Source of the DNA: Ramazzottius varieornatus
Taxonomy: Eukaryota; Animalia; Tardigrada
Assembly (NCBI GenBank): GCA_001949185.1
Contig: BDGG01000019.1
Coordinates: forward strand, 64,892 to 128,891
Length of the DNA stretch: 64,000 nt
Reading direction: 5' to 3'
Numbering within the stretch: position 1 is the stretch's first letter; every line of letters begins with the position of its first letter. The notes beneath the pieces were generated by a model. It saw only the letters and a list, made by a program, of their open reading frames with translations, did not search any database and was not told the origin of the DNA. Shown in pieces: positions 52,601 through 64,000 of this stretch. Made by a program: the position numbers and the translations under genes.

Positions 52601-55600
52601 AGCTGCTATTCTGGTCCACCGAGCCTACCCGCTGAACAAGTCTGCTCCCGTGCCGCTGTACAGTGAACACCAAGTCATCCTGACGTACCCGCAAGAACTC
52701 GGGTCGTCCATGCCGCGTCACGTTCGCGAAAGCATCAAGAAAAACGTACGTAAACACATCACAAGTATCTTTTTCATTTGTACTCTGTTCATTCGCGTTC
52801 TTGATTTTCTAATCGAGCACAGGAATTTTCGAAGGTGAATGCGTGAGTTGTTTACTGCAGGACCGTTACAATATTCAGATAGTGGGAAAGGAGCAAGACC
52901 TGATCAACGTCCTCCTGAACAAGATCAAGACTACTGATCCGGACTTCCTGGTCTTCCATGATGGGCTGGGCTATCAACTGGACATTCTTCTTCAACGTGC
53001 AATGCAGTTGAAAGTGGGCAGCTGGTCGTCTTTGGGAAGACTGAAACGATCCATTCCACCGAAGGTATGTTTAGAATACACTGTACTTTCATCAAGAATA
53101 TTTGATGGGATGTTTATGTAACATTGGGACATAAGCTCAGGTTTGGTGTTTCCTTTTGCTTTTGCAGGGTCGAACGGCTTCTCAGCAAGCTTGCACAGGT
53201 CGTCTACTTTGCGACGTTCGACATGCAGCTGAAGAACTGATCCATTCAAAGAGCTATGACTTGGCCGAGCTTGTTAAAGTAGTCTTGAAGGAAGAGAACC
53301 ACCAAGCGATTCCCAACGATCTCGTCAAAGAGATGTTCAAGTAAGCCTGCTTCGCTCTCCTAGTACTTTTCATCCGTACAATACCTAGAACAGCCAATCT
53401 GTAAATGTCGGATTGATGTCGAAGAGTGAATGAGTATACTTTCAGAGCTCCGGAAAGGCTGAAAGAGTTGGTCGACAACACGCTCTGCGATGCCCACTAC
53501 ATTCTTCGTATCATGGCTGAACTGAACGTTCTTCCACTTGCGCTCGAGATGACGCACATCTGCGGGAACGTTTATGTAAGAACTTTTCCCCATGTTGAAT
53601 AAGAGACACTTTTGTTAGGCCGAAGCTGGACAATCAAACTGGGCAAGATTGTTCTCCTAGGTGGCGCAGGCTTTCGGTGTTATTGGCAGAAAGTGTGCGC
53701 CACTTGGAAAAACGACGTTGTTCGGATTTGTTTGCAGAACTTCCCGGTGGTATAAACTCGACCTCCGAATTTTAGTAGTCTGATTACACTTGTTCGTCTT
53801 TCCTAGTCGAGAACGTTGCTGGGTGGTCGGTCAGAACGTATCGAGTACCATCTGCTTCACGCCTTCACCGAAGCCGATTACATCTGCCCCGACAAAGAGT
53901 ACCGCGACTCTATTCATAACAAGGACGGCAAAAACCACAGCAAGAAGAAAAAGAAAGGTGGTGCCGGAGATAAAGAGGTCTCCAAGATCGAAGAAGGAGA
54001 CGACGAGAATCTCAACCCGGAAGACGACCACGTCGTGGAAGAAGAAAACGAGGCGATGGTCCACGAGGATGTCGCGCCGCCTACAAAGAACACTGGAGGA
54101 AAGAGGAAACCAGCTTATTCCGGCGGTCTGGTCCTGGAGCCCAAAAGAGGTACGAAATATATTCCTCAATGTCCAGAGAAAGTGTTTTCGATATACGACG
54201 TCTATGAAATATGTTGCGACGTCGTTGAGCAAAATTGAACGTTCTCCCCCGAAGTTGCATACACAGTGGTGCGTGAGTACGTCTGTATTTGTGTATGCAG
54301 AGGTGTAAGTCTCATGCTTCACAAGGCTTTGGCGTTTTCCGGTTCCTCGTTTCTGTCAGATTGTGTTAACTCGTATACTTTTTTTCTTTTAGGTCTGTAC
54401 GATACACCCGTCCTCGTTATGGATTTCAACAGCCTCTACCCGTCCATCATCCAAGAATTTAACATATGCTACACGACGGTCGACCGGAAGTCACAGGCGA
54501 ATATTGCCGATGACAACCTCCCTTCGATGCCCAGTACGACACCTGAAGGCATCCTACCCCAAGTCATCAAACGACTGGTCGAACAGCGGAAGGAGGTGAA
54601 GAAGCTGCTGAAGGGAAGTAACAACGACGACAGGAAAGCACAGGCAAGACGACCTGAAGCAGTCCACTTCCGGTATCTTAATGTACAAGTCTTGCTTGTG
54701 GTTCCAGCTGGAAATCAGACAGAAAGCACTGAAGCTGATTGCGAACAGCACTTATGGATGTCTGGGTTTCGATTACTCGCGATTCCGTGCAAAGGGCTTG
54801 GCCGCCTTGATCACGTCCAAAGGCAGAGAGGTACGAACGTGATTCCACCAGTGAACGTCACGCACCTGCATACAAGGACTGGTACATTTGCACTGCGTCG
54901 TTATATGCAAGTGTCTGAAAAGTTGGCGTTCCGTTTGTCTGTCTCTCGTACAGTGATCTCTACGTCGATCATCGATGTGTTCACTTCCCGGTATCTTTCG
55001 ATATATTCACAGTGTAATATTGTAGATTCTGATGAACACGAAGGAGCTGATTGAGAAAGATCGCCGCGAAGTCATCTATGGTGACACCGACTCGATTATG
55101 ATCAACAGTCACGTGTCGACCGAAAACCCTGTGGAGAAGTTTGGCGAAGTCCTCAAGATGGGTAACAAGGTACTTAGCCACAGTCGGTAGGTGGGTGTGC
55201 AATTGTTTAGAAGTTTTCTGTTGTCCGTAGATCAAACAGGAAGTGAACAAGCACTACAAGTTTCTCGAGCTGGACATTGACGGCATCTTCTTTTCCATGC
55301 TGCTGCTTCAGAAGAAAAAGTACGCTGCCTTGGTGGTGTCTAAGAATCCTGACGGAAGTCTGATCACGAAGCAGGAACTGAAAGGTCTGGACATCGTTCG
55401 CCGAGATTGGTCCAACATCGCCATCGATACTGGAAAGTTAGCATCCCTGTTCTAATACACGTACACCTTCTTTTCGGTCTAAACGATGTGTCTGTTCGCA
55501 GCCTTGTTGTGAAGGAAATCCTTTCGGGTAAGAAGCGTGACGAGATGATTTCCGGAATCCTGGCTGTACTCGGTAACGTGGCCAAGTTCGTCAAAGACTG

Positions 55601-58194
55601 TCCTCCGACGCCGAACAAAGTCGATCTCGAGAAGTTTCAAATTTTGAAGGTCGATAGATACATCTGAAAATGAAAAATGTAACATGCAGTCAAACGTTTG
55701 TTTTGTGATTTCAGCAACTGACCAAAGATCCCAACTTGTACGCAGACGCGAAGGCTCACCCACACGTCCAGATTGCCCGTCGTCTCAACAGCCTGGCCAC
55801 CACTTCGCAGAAGTGCCGCGCAGGCGACATAATTGCTTACGTGGTGTGCAACGAAGTCCCCTCCGATGTGGTGATCACGGGAAAGCGAGCTCCCCATACG
55901 CAGCGTGGGTACGCTTTCAAGGAAGTGTTGGACGCGCAAGGAGCTTTGACTGTCGACAAGCAGTACTACCTTGCCGAACAGGTACAATACAATGAATAAA
56001 ACGTTTAGTGAGAGTTTTGAGAGCTCGGAAAGCAAACTGGTCAAGATCGGTCCAAGTAGCGTACGCCTCAGTGAAACTGTCTTAGAGCGTGCGCCACTTG
56101 GGAAAATAGGCTTGTCGAACTTGTTTCCAAGTGGCGCACGTTTCCATTGTTATGGGCTGAAAGAGTGCGTCACTTGGGAAACGATCTGGTTGAGCTAACC
56201 AAGCTGCCAGATAGTTAGGTCATTCTCGTTCGAATATATTGGCAAAATCATTGGATCATATGTGTGGTTGGATAGGTGCACAAAGTGGTGAATCGGCTTT
56301 GCGAGCCTATCGAAGGCATCGACTCTTCCACAATGGCTGACTGTCTGGGTATCGACAAGAGCCTCTTTCCAAGTCACTTCGTGGACCGGACTGCTGAAGA
56401 TGATCAGAACATGATGGGCTCCGTAGTACCTGACATCGAACTGTACAAGGATTGCCTACCTCTCACCGTCGCGTGCCCCAACTGCCAGGAAAACTGGGTC
56501 TTCGATGGGCCCATATGGGAGAAGGTAGAGTGAAATCATCGAACTGGTGTCCCCTCGTAAACACGAATGCCTAATTTTTTATCTTATTTTCTAGGATGGG
56601 AGTTACTCATTCAGCCTAAGAAAGTGTCTCTCCTGCGAACAACGCCCCGCTTCCTTCTTGACTTTGCTTCAGAACACTCTTCGGATGCAGCTGAATGTGG
56701 CCATACAGCGGTATTACAAGGTAAGTAAGCTCTGTTTCACCAACCATAGACCCCAAGACTTTCCAAACGGTGAGCTTCCTGCAGACTACTTCGTAAATTT
56801 GGCTACGAATGTTTAAACAGGTCGAACGGCTATCAAATGGCCGTTCCAGAAAGTTGAGACTACCTCTTGATCATCCCGCTACCGGGGAAGATCCGCTGAT
56901 AAGATCTTTGATCCTCAGCTTGCACAACCCGTACGCAGTCGTACGCGCAGACCAAGCCCGGGTACACGCGTGCAATAGTCCCAGTCAATCAAGGTATATT
57001 TGAAATCAAAACGGGTAAATGCCACTTAATCAGAAGATCAGTGACTGGGACAACAGCCAAGGCGGTTGAATCGTCGTTATTCTTGCACGTATCAATCCTT
57101 GGTTATCTGATCAAGTGGCATTTACCCNNNNNNNNNNNNNNNNNNNNNNNNNNNNNNNNNNNNNNNNNNNNNNNNNNCTTGATTGACTGGGACTACTGCA
57201 CGCGTGTACCCGGGCTTGGTCTGCGCGTACGACTGCGTACGGGTTGTGCAAGCTGAGGATCAAAGATCTTATCAGCGGATCTTCCCCGGTAGCGGGATGA
57301 TCAAGAGGTAGTCTCAACTTTCTGGAACGGCCATTTGATAGCCGTTCGACCTGTTTAAACATTCGTAGCCAAATCTACGAAGTAGTCTGCAGGAAGCTCA
57401 CCGTTTGGAAAGTCTTGGGGTCTATGGTTGGTGAAACAGCTTAAACATTTCTTCTTGACCATATTAATTTTATATATTTTCACGCTTTTACTGATATATT
57501 TTTATTTTCAGGTTCAGTTTACTTGTGAAGATCCAGCCTGTCATTTCAAATGCGGCTTCGTTCCTCCGAAGTTTTCTCGGGAAAAGCCGGTCTGTCCGGC
57601 GTGTGATAATGGTCGGACTTTCCGTATCATGAAGCCGGAGTACTCTGACCGCGACCTGTACCTACAGCTGTGCTACTGGAAGAACGCCTTCAACCCGGAA
57701 AGAGCGCTGAACAAGATGAAGAATAAGAGCGCTTTCGGTAAGAACGAAACCTTAGCTGAGAGCTGGGCAGAAAAACTCGACAAGATTTCTCTCCTAACCG
57801 GCGCACATTTGCACTGTTACTGGCTCGAAACGTGCGCCACTTGGAAAGGAAGCTCTTTGAGTTTGTTGCCCAAAATCACGCACATTCCCAGTGTCAGTGG
57901 GTGGACGCGTGCGCCACTCGCATATTTTTATGTTGTCGAGTTTTTTTGGACCAGAGCTGCCGAGTTCCGGGTTTTCGAAGCTATGAGTCTAACGTGGTTT
58001 GTTTATTCCGCGTAGGGTCATTGACGGATGTGCTGAAGAGCGATCCGCAACTGGTTGTGACTTACGAACAGCTGTCCAAGTACGTGCAGACCTTCCTGGA
58101 CCAGAGCGCCTACGGTCGCGTTAACTTCTCGGACTTTTTCTCGCCACCTGTTAGTAATTTTACGGACAACCGTGCGATAAAGGTCGAGTTTTAG
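49634..58194 (+). CDS. POLA1: DNA polymerase alpha catalytic subunit, about 20+ exons
   Basis: [141 protein letters not shown]-terminal zinc fingers (CPNC; CEDPAC...CPAC). Confidence 0.96.
56020..56197. repeat. Intronic palindromic hairpin family, dimeric copy in a POLA1 intron
   Basis: GAGCTCGGAAAGCAAACTGGTCAAGATCG...CCAAGTAGCGTAC...GTGCGCCACTTGG...TTCCAAGTGGCGCAC...GTGCGTCACTTGGGAAACGATCTGG...GAGCT. Confidence 0.8.
56732..57439. mobile_element. Foldback element with ~300-bp near-identical inverted arms in a POLA1 intron; contains an assembly gap (57128-57177)
   Basis: 56732-~57033 is the reverse complement of ~57106-57439 with only a few mismatches; ends CTGTTTCAC...GTGAAACAG with CT on both flanks. 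Confidence 0.85.
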
Positions 58195-58499
58195 AATGTC
58201 GTTTCTTTGAATTTCTATGGAAATTTGCACGTTAAAATTCCTCCCTGCGTCTCTGAGGAGCCTTGCATTCTCTATTATTCGTAATTTCGCACTGCGCGTC
58301 TCAAGGTAATCGTTTGGAAGAACCGTCATTTCGGTAAAATAAAAAATCATTAGACTTATCACAGATTTTCAAGGCGGCAAAAAGTCCTCGAGTAGTGCCT
58401 TCAGACATTTAACGGAAAACCGTTGTCAGCCGAGAATGGTCCTTCGATGAAGTTCGTTCCCACAGGTTACTTCCTTTCTTAGATTTTCCTTCCAACAAT

Positions 58500-59269
58500 T
58501 CACCCACCATGTAACGTCGAAATGAACACGACCCTGTCACCCGGTTCTAGCTCGTAGTCTGGACCTCCCTACGAAAGGACGAGCTTCAATGAGACTGAAA
58601 CCAATGCAAGATGACTAACACAATCTAATCATCGACCGACCCCGAACCATCTCACAAAGTCGCTCATGACGTTACAGCGGTGATCACACTGTCGGCTCAC
58701 AATCTGGACTTCCAGCCTTATTCCTTTACGTCACACTTTGACATGCAAAACCTTGAAATATCACTGGTTAAACTTACCATCAGTTCCCAGTCGCAATCGT
58801 TGATGACCACAAGGATTCCAGGTTTCCTACAAAGATAATCTATCAAATACCGGGCCCAGGGATTAGTTTAGACTTTACTTACACGTTATCGCCTTGGAGG
58901 AATAGTTCCAGGCGCTGTTTGAGGTAGCGATCTTTCAAGAGCTGAAGTAGATCTCGCACGGTATCTGAAGGCAAATAGTTCTACTTAAACCACTCCGAAC
59001 TACGCTACGCAGTCTGCCACTCGGAAACCTACATGTAAGATTCTCCTTCGCTGGATGACTAGGGTCGTGAAACTTTGAGATGGGAATATCCAGCTGCTTC
59101 TGGTTGTCGAACAAGAGCTCCACACCACCTCTAAACAATCAATGTCCAATCAACCGAAGTAACGTTTTCATCACAGAGCGATTCACGACATCACAGAGAT
59201 TTATTGCGATTCACGACGACATACAATCAAACCTTACGCAAACTCGACGCGAATATCTCTTGGCGGCAT
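58500..59269 (-). CDS. URM1: Ubiquitin-related modifier 1, 5 exons
   Basis: MPPRDIRVEFA|GGVELLFDNQK...|YTVRDLLQLLKDRYLKQRLELFLQGDNV|KPGILVVINDCDWELM|GGPDYELEPGDRVVFISTLHGG*. Confidence 0.95.
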
Positions 59270-59734
59270 TATCTTCCGCCACCACGGGAACGACAAAACT
59301 TAGACATCCGGTCCGGAGCAACAAAAGAGACAAGAGTCACAAGGAAGGAAGCAATACCAATCTGTAAAAGATCGGAAAATCACTCCGAAGTCCGAAAATC
59401 TATGCGAGCCTTCCAAGCGTAAACCCTTTAGCCCCGGGTTCCGATTTCCGAACTTCCCAATTCCGATGCGCTGACCTGCGAAAACCTATGTTGAATTTCT
59501 ACCCGCGAGCACAACAATCGTTCACTGCGTCGGTAGCTCCTGCGAATTTTTCGTTGGAATTTATCGCTCTACAAATAATCTCTCGTCGCTGATTTTGGAC
59601 ATCAAGCACCGTACAAGCAACGAAATACCCGTAGTACAACTCATGAATATACCATCCCTAACAATTCATAAAAACATTTGCATCCACAGGTGCAAGAAAG
59701 TAAATTACTAAAAAAATCTGCTGCCCGCAACTCT

Positions 59735-61570
59735 TCAGTGACTGTGATTTACCGTCAAAAAGAGAGGCAGAAAGGCACCGGCCATGATAGCCAACAAATG
59801 AAGACCTCGCAGTCCACCACCACGGTCCCCTGCGCCAGTCGAAGGACTGAATTTCTCCAAGTCCGTCGAGTGGCTTGGGACAGGTGGGTACGAACTCGCA
59901 CTCGACATCGATGCATGCGGCACGCGGTGGGATATCTCTGGAAGAACGTGCACAGCGGCCACATACAGAAAAGTACCACCGCTGAAGAGAAGAACCAGTC
60001 CACTGGCTCGATCTGATGGCGCCACCCCATCACTTCCCTGTGGAAAAACAGATGAAAATATCAGTCAGAACAATGTTAACAGTGAAAATACACCTAGGCA
60101 AACAACGCGGCAAGATCGCTTTTTTCAAGTGGCGCACGATTCTAGCCAACTAGGCTGGTAATTTGCGTCACTCGGAAGCCATCTTGTGAAGTTTGTTCGT
60201 CGAGCGCCCAAATTGTCACGTCAGCGTTTTCGTACCATTTGGATTAAGAAATATGTCATCAAAGCTCCGATAGGAGCTGCTAAGGAGAATATCAAGAGAT
60301 GCCTCCTTATTCTAACTTTGTCCATTCCTTCGTGAAGAAGAAACGTTACAAGGCCGAAAGCTGTCGGTGCCTGCAAAAAACAAAACTCGTATTTGATCGT
60401 CCGACCGCCGTTTGATGCATGGAAAGACCACAAATCGAAACCTTATGAAGCATAATGGCGAAGAAGACTAGCATCTCCATTTCGAGGTGCTTGGTCATGG
60501 CACTGGCTCCCAAAGCGATGCCATCAGCCGCCGCATGGACGACCAAGCCCAGCGTGGCTGTAACGTTATTCCTCTGCATTCCTGAAAGATCAAAGCGTTC
60601 CACGTTGAGCAAACTTCACGTGCCTCGTGAAGATTATGGTCAAGTATGCGAAGTATACGAAAGCCTGGACAACGGAGGAAAATTGCACGTACCACCGCTG
60701 AGCCTGGAGCTGACTTGATCCACCAGCAGCATGAAGATGAAACCCGTGATCAAAGCTGCTCCTACTCCGCTTCCAGCTTCTTTCTTCTCATGTTTGCCAT
60801 CCTTTTCCTCGTCTTCGTCCTTATGAGGCACAGCCAAATTCTTGGCGGTGTCGTCAATGTTCTTGGACGGTGCGGGTGGGGCTTGCGGAGGGGCTCCTGC
60901 TGCTGTTGGGCTCTTCACATTAGCTACGAAAAGAGAACAACAGTGTACATTCAAACTGAGGTAGGTATAGAAAGCTCTACTCGGAAACTTCAACAGTCAG
61001 CACTCACCAACAAGCGGGGCAGGCGCATCGGCCAGTGAAGGCTGATCGAAGGGATGGTCCTGCTGCTGGTGTTTACCAGCGGACTCTGACGAATGCGACC
61101 TTGAGTACACAGTTTCAACTCCTTCTGGTATTATGACTACCAGCGCTGCTCCGATAAGGAGTCCAGCTCCCAGAGCGGTCATGAACTGAAGTTTTTCCTG
61201 TAGAAAGACCAGAAAAGAAACCTTTGCAAGCTAGCATGAGCTGAGCAACCGCAAAAACAAACATGAACTCCCCAAAAAAGCCGCCCATGACGTCAACACG
61301 AACCACCCACTATCTATTGCGTAGTACGCGAGTTAAACTGGCCTATGTTATATTTTGACGTAAAAATTGTGCGCAGTATCGAATTAGTACTTTACAGTTG
61401 ACACCTGCCGATGCGCTCCCAGCACAGAGCGACAGCCATGGCAGAAAACTTTCCTATCATATGGTGGGGCTCACCTCAGACATATTCACGAGCAGAGGAA
61501 GAATTCCTGCAAGAAAAGAACAAACGAGCATGGCCAGTGCCAACAAGAAGAGCAGGAGCAGATCGTCCAT
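59735..61570 (-). CDS. SLC39A9: Zinc transporter ZIP9, multi-exon
   Basis: [26 protein letters not shown]; [19 protein letters not shown]; [10 protein letters not shown]; [18 protein letters not shown]; FFAIMLHK|[11 protein letters not shown]; [19 protein letters not shown]; C-terminal HSH. Confidence 0.95.
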
Positions 61571-62610
61571 GACTGGCTCCGGAGAAAACGATCGTTATGT
61601 GCGATCTATCCCACGGACGAATAAGTCCCTACGTGCAACGTTACTTCCGTTGACGCCTCCGGTTCTGCTCGGCGAGAAAAGATGATTTAAGTGTAAGATG
61701 TCCCGCTATGGCCAGCATGTCCAAGCTGATGCCACGTGCACTTGCGTTGTTGTCCATCTCCAGACTGCAAGTGACATTTGGCTACAGTCTTCCGTCCATC
61801 AGAAGTCCTTTTCCAAGCAGTAGAATAAATTCCCAATTACGTCAAGTCAAAACTTAGTCAAGAAGACCTTTACCACAGTCTTTCCTGCAGGAGAATAAAA
61901 CGGGGAAAAAACTGTCCGGAAACCTGGAAAAATCAAAATACTGAATACCGATATAGGCTGATAAAAGTTGATTGAAAACGAAGTTAGCTGTTGATTGGTT
62001 GTACTGCCAGCCCGAATCGAGGTCCCTTTTGTACTTTCGTTTTTCTAGGGTTCTTCGGGGTTGGTGGAACCAAGCTCCGAATAACCGTCTGTTTTTGTTC
62101 CCAGGTGAGTAGTTAGCTACAATTTGATCACACGGTCGCACAAGTAGAAGGGTACATTGTCCTTTAGTCTGTCAAACGTCTCTAACAACAGCCGTACTCG
62201 AACAAAAGACATCTTGAAATCAACAGTTGTTCGTGCAAACGGCAAATCCGGGAGTAAAATGCAGAAACATAAAAAACAGGGGTGGACAAAACTCTAATCT
62301 TAAATGTCTAACTGAAAAGACATTTGGTCCAGCGAAAGATCTCAGAAAGTTGGAAACAAATCGAAGGAATCCTGCACTGTCTGTACAAGGAAATGAAAGC
62401 TCGTTTTGGTTAGCAAGAAAGGTTAGTCATGGAAAGTCGGAACCATATTTCGTAATGTGCCAGGGAATATCCGGGTTAAGACGGCCGGTAATTACGGTAA
62501 GTGTTCCGGTAGGGAAATCGAGAGTGTCCGGTAAAAGTTGAAGCCGTATATACATCTGGTTAAAAGAGAAAGCCTTGATGATCATGATTGCCTTGATGAG
62601 ATCATAATTA

Positions 62611-62868
62611 CAGTCCTACCTGTGAGATGCGACAATTGCTTCTTCTGCAACCGAACAGCGTTTCTGCACGAGACTGCTGGCCATGCACTGCGCAGCACGA
62701 TCAGCTGATCGACGTCCGGTTATGGCTCAACTTGATCAAATAATCAAGCGCGTGTAGGATCAGCTGATTGGTCTCATGCGAACGGCATAGCGAGCAGCCC
62801 CGTGGACACATGTACTGTCCGCAACTGAAAGCGGGCGTTTGAACTGTCACATCTCACAGGTAGGACTG
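62611..62868. mobile_element. TA-flanked MITE (Tigger/pogo-like ends)
   Basis: TA|CAGTCCTACCTGTGAGATGCGACA ... TGTCACATCTCACAGGTAGGACTG|TA. Confidence 0.85.
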
Positions 62869-64000
62869 TATGTACATGCTGTTCTTTCTTCAAGAGGTCT
62901 ACTGTCCACGTGAGCTTTCGATTTCCGCACTTACATGTGAGGTTGACGATCCCTTCCCTCATTTGCCAAAGAAGTCGCTGTAATCCGGTCGAACTACATC
63001 AGCTGCACTTCCTCCACGTCAGGCTTCCGAAAGGTTTCACGGACACGAGTCCAGTTCAACCACCTGGGGAGTCTTCGGCGTCGAAAGATGGCCAACCAGC
63101 GTCTGCCGATAAATGGGCAACATTTGCACGCTCCAGCCGCCGACTTGATGCTTGTCAGACTGGAACCCCGAGAGACTGGGATAGCGACATCTCTGGAAGT
63201 CCCGGTTTCCTCCATTTGACCAGCCACTTTTGGTTGCGACGAGTTTCGGTTCTTCGGGGTGGGACGATGAAAGTACTCCCCCATCCCTATAATTGTTGAA
63301 CAGATAGACCATACCGAAATTTTTCTGTGCGCAGGCACAAATATAGACAACTCAACACACCCGACTTGAGAGGAGGATAGGCAGGCATCTTGGAAGATAG
63401 AATTGATTGGCCAACAACGACAAGTCCACAGAACCCACGCACCCTCGAAAATCCTGGATACTGCCCACAGGACTTCTGACGGTATACGGATCCCGCTTAC
63501 CAGTCGTCACTCTTGGAAAAAGGATCGGAAGATGTAGGGAATGCGGATAGACAGGCGCACCATCTCCTCGATAAACCAAGCTCCCTGATCGGTACGTGTG
63601 GCTTCCGGAACCCGGAGTTCTTCCAGTGAAAAGTCCTTGTAGACTGGATTGGAATGGAAAGCGAACTTCTATGATGCGTGAAGTCATTCACGCATTAAGA
63701 CTTATATGCCTTTTAACACAATCTTCGAAGGCTCCATTTCATGCGATTTGGGAGGTTCTGACTTCGCGGGTTGGCTGCGTGCAACGCAAACCTGCTGGAG
63801 CCGACGCTGATTCACTGCTGTAACAGTCACCCTTCACAAAATCGCGTCGATCACGACCTTCATTTGATCCATGATTGTAAATTACATACATTACATAATT
63901 AAGCAGAGAATAGTACAGCGTTTGAGACCATGAACACTGGAGAATGACCACGTGCATTACGGAATGTCAGGTAACTTCCCCACCATTTACACAAACTTGT

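Noticed and set aside
56809-57362. Two nearly identical ORFs ([11 protein letters not shown]...) on opposite strands
   Set aside because: A by-product of the inverted arms of the foldback element; no protein-family features.
62900-63960. Several overlapping 60-130 aa ORFs at the window end
   Set aside because: No recognisable domain or consistent exon chain; could be a decayed gene or a gene continuing past the window, so left uncalled.

Overview
A gene-dense, intron-rich eukaryotic window, almost certainly from an invertebrate animal. Mago, RYK and the bromodomain-less ASH1 look nematode-like, but that is inference. No prokaryotic features, rRNA, tRNA or CRISPR were seen. Splicing the ORF fragments by hand gives these conserved genes: MRPL35, an SPDEF/ETS-4-type factor, UBE2L3, RTCB, intronless mago nashi, RYK/LIN-18, a minimal NSD-like SET protein, COA3, a divergent GCP4, a divergent UAP56/DDX39-like helicase, ASH1/LIN-59, POLA1, URM1 and ZIP9. 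The less ordinary content is as follows. (1) A 10-exon, ~1,400-aa secreted low-complexity orphan protein with QFQDDDDG repeats, His-rich tracts and many convertase-type sites (3985-11599, minus). (2) An intact secreted intradiol ring-cleavage dioxygenase with a decayed tandem copy. (3) MATH-BTB and BTB pseudogenes. (4) About ten distinct non-autonomous DNA-transposon (MITE) families, most with readable TIRs and TSDs, some nested, plus a very young ~700-bp foldback in a POLA1 intron. (5) A palindromic GTGGCGCAC...GTGCGCCAC hairpin family at ~19 loci, nearly all inside introns. (6) Unpaired splice-acceptor-like sites just upstream of most start codons, which may indicate SL trans-splicing and operons. 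Exon boundaries were derived by eye and some are approximate.
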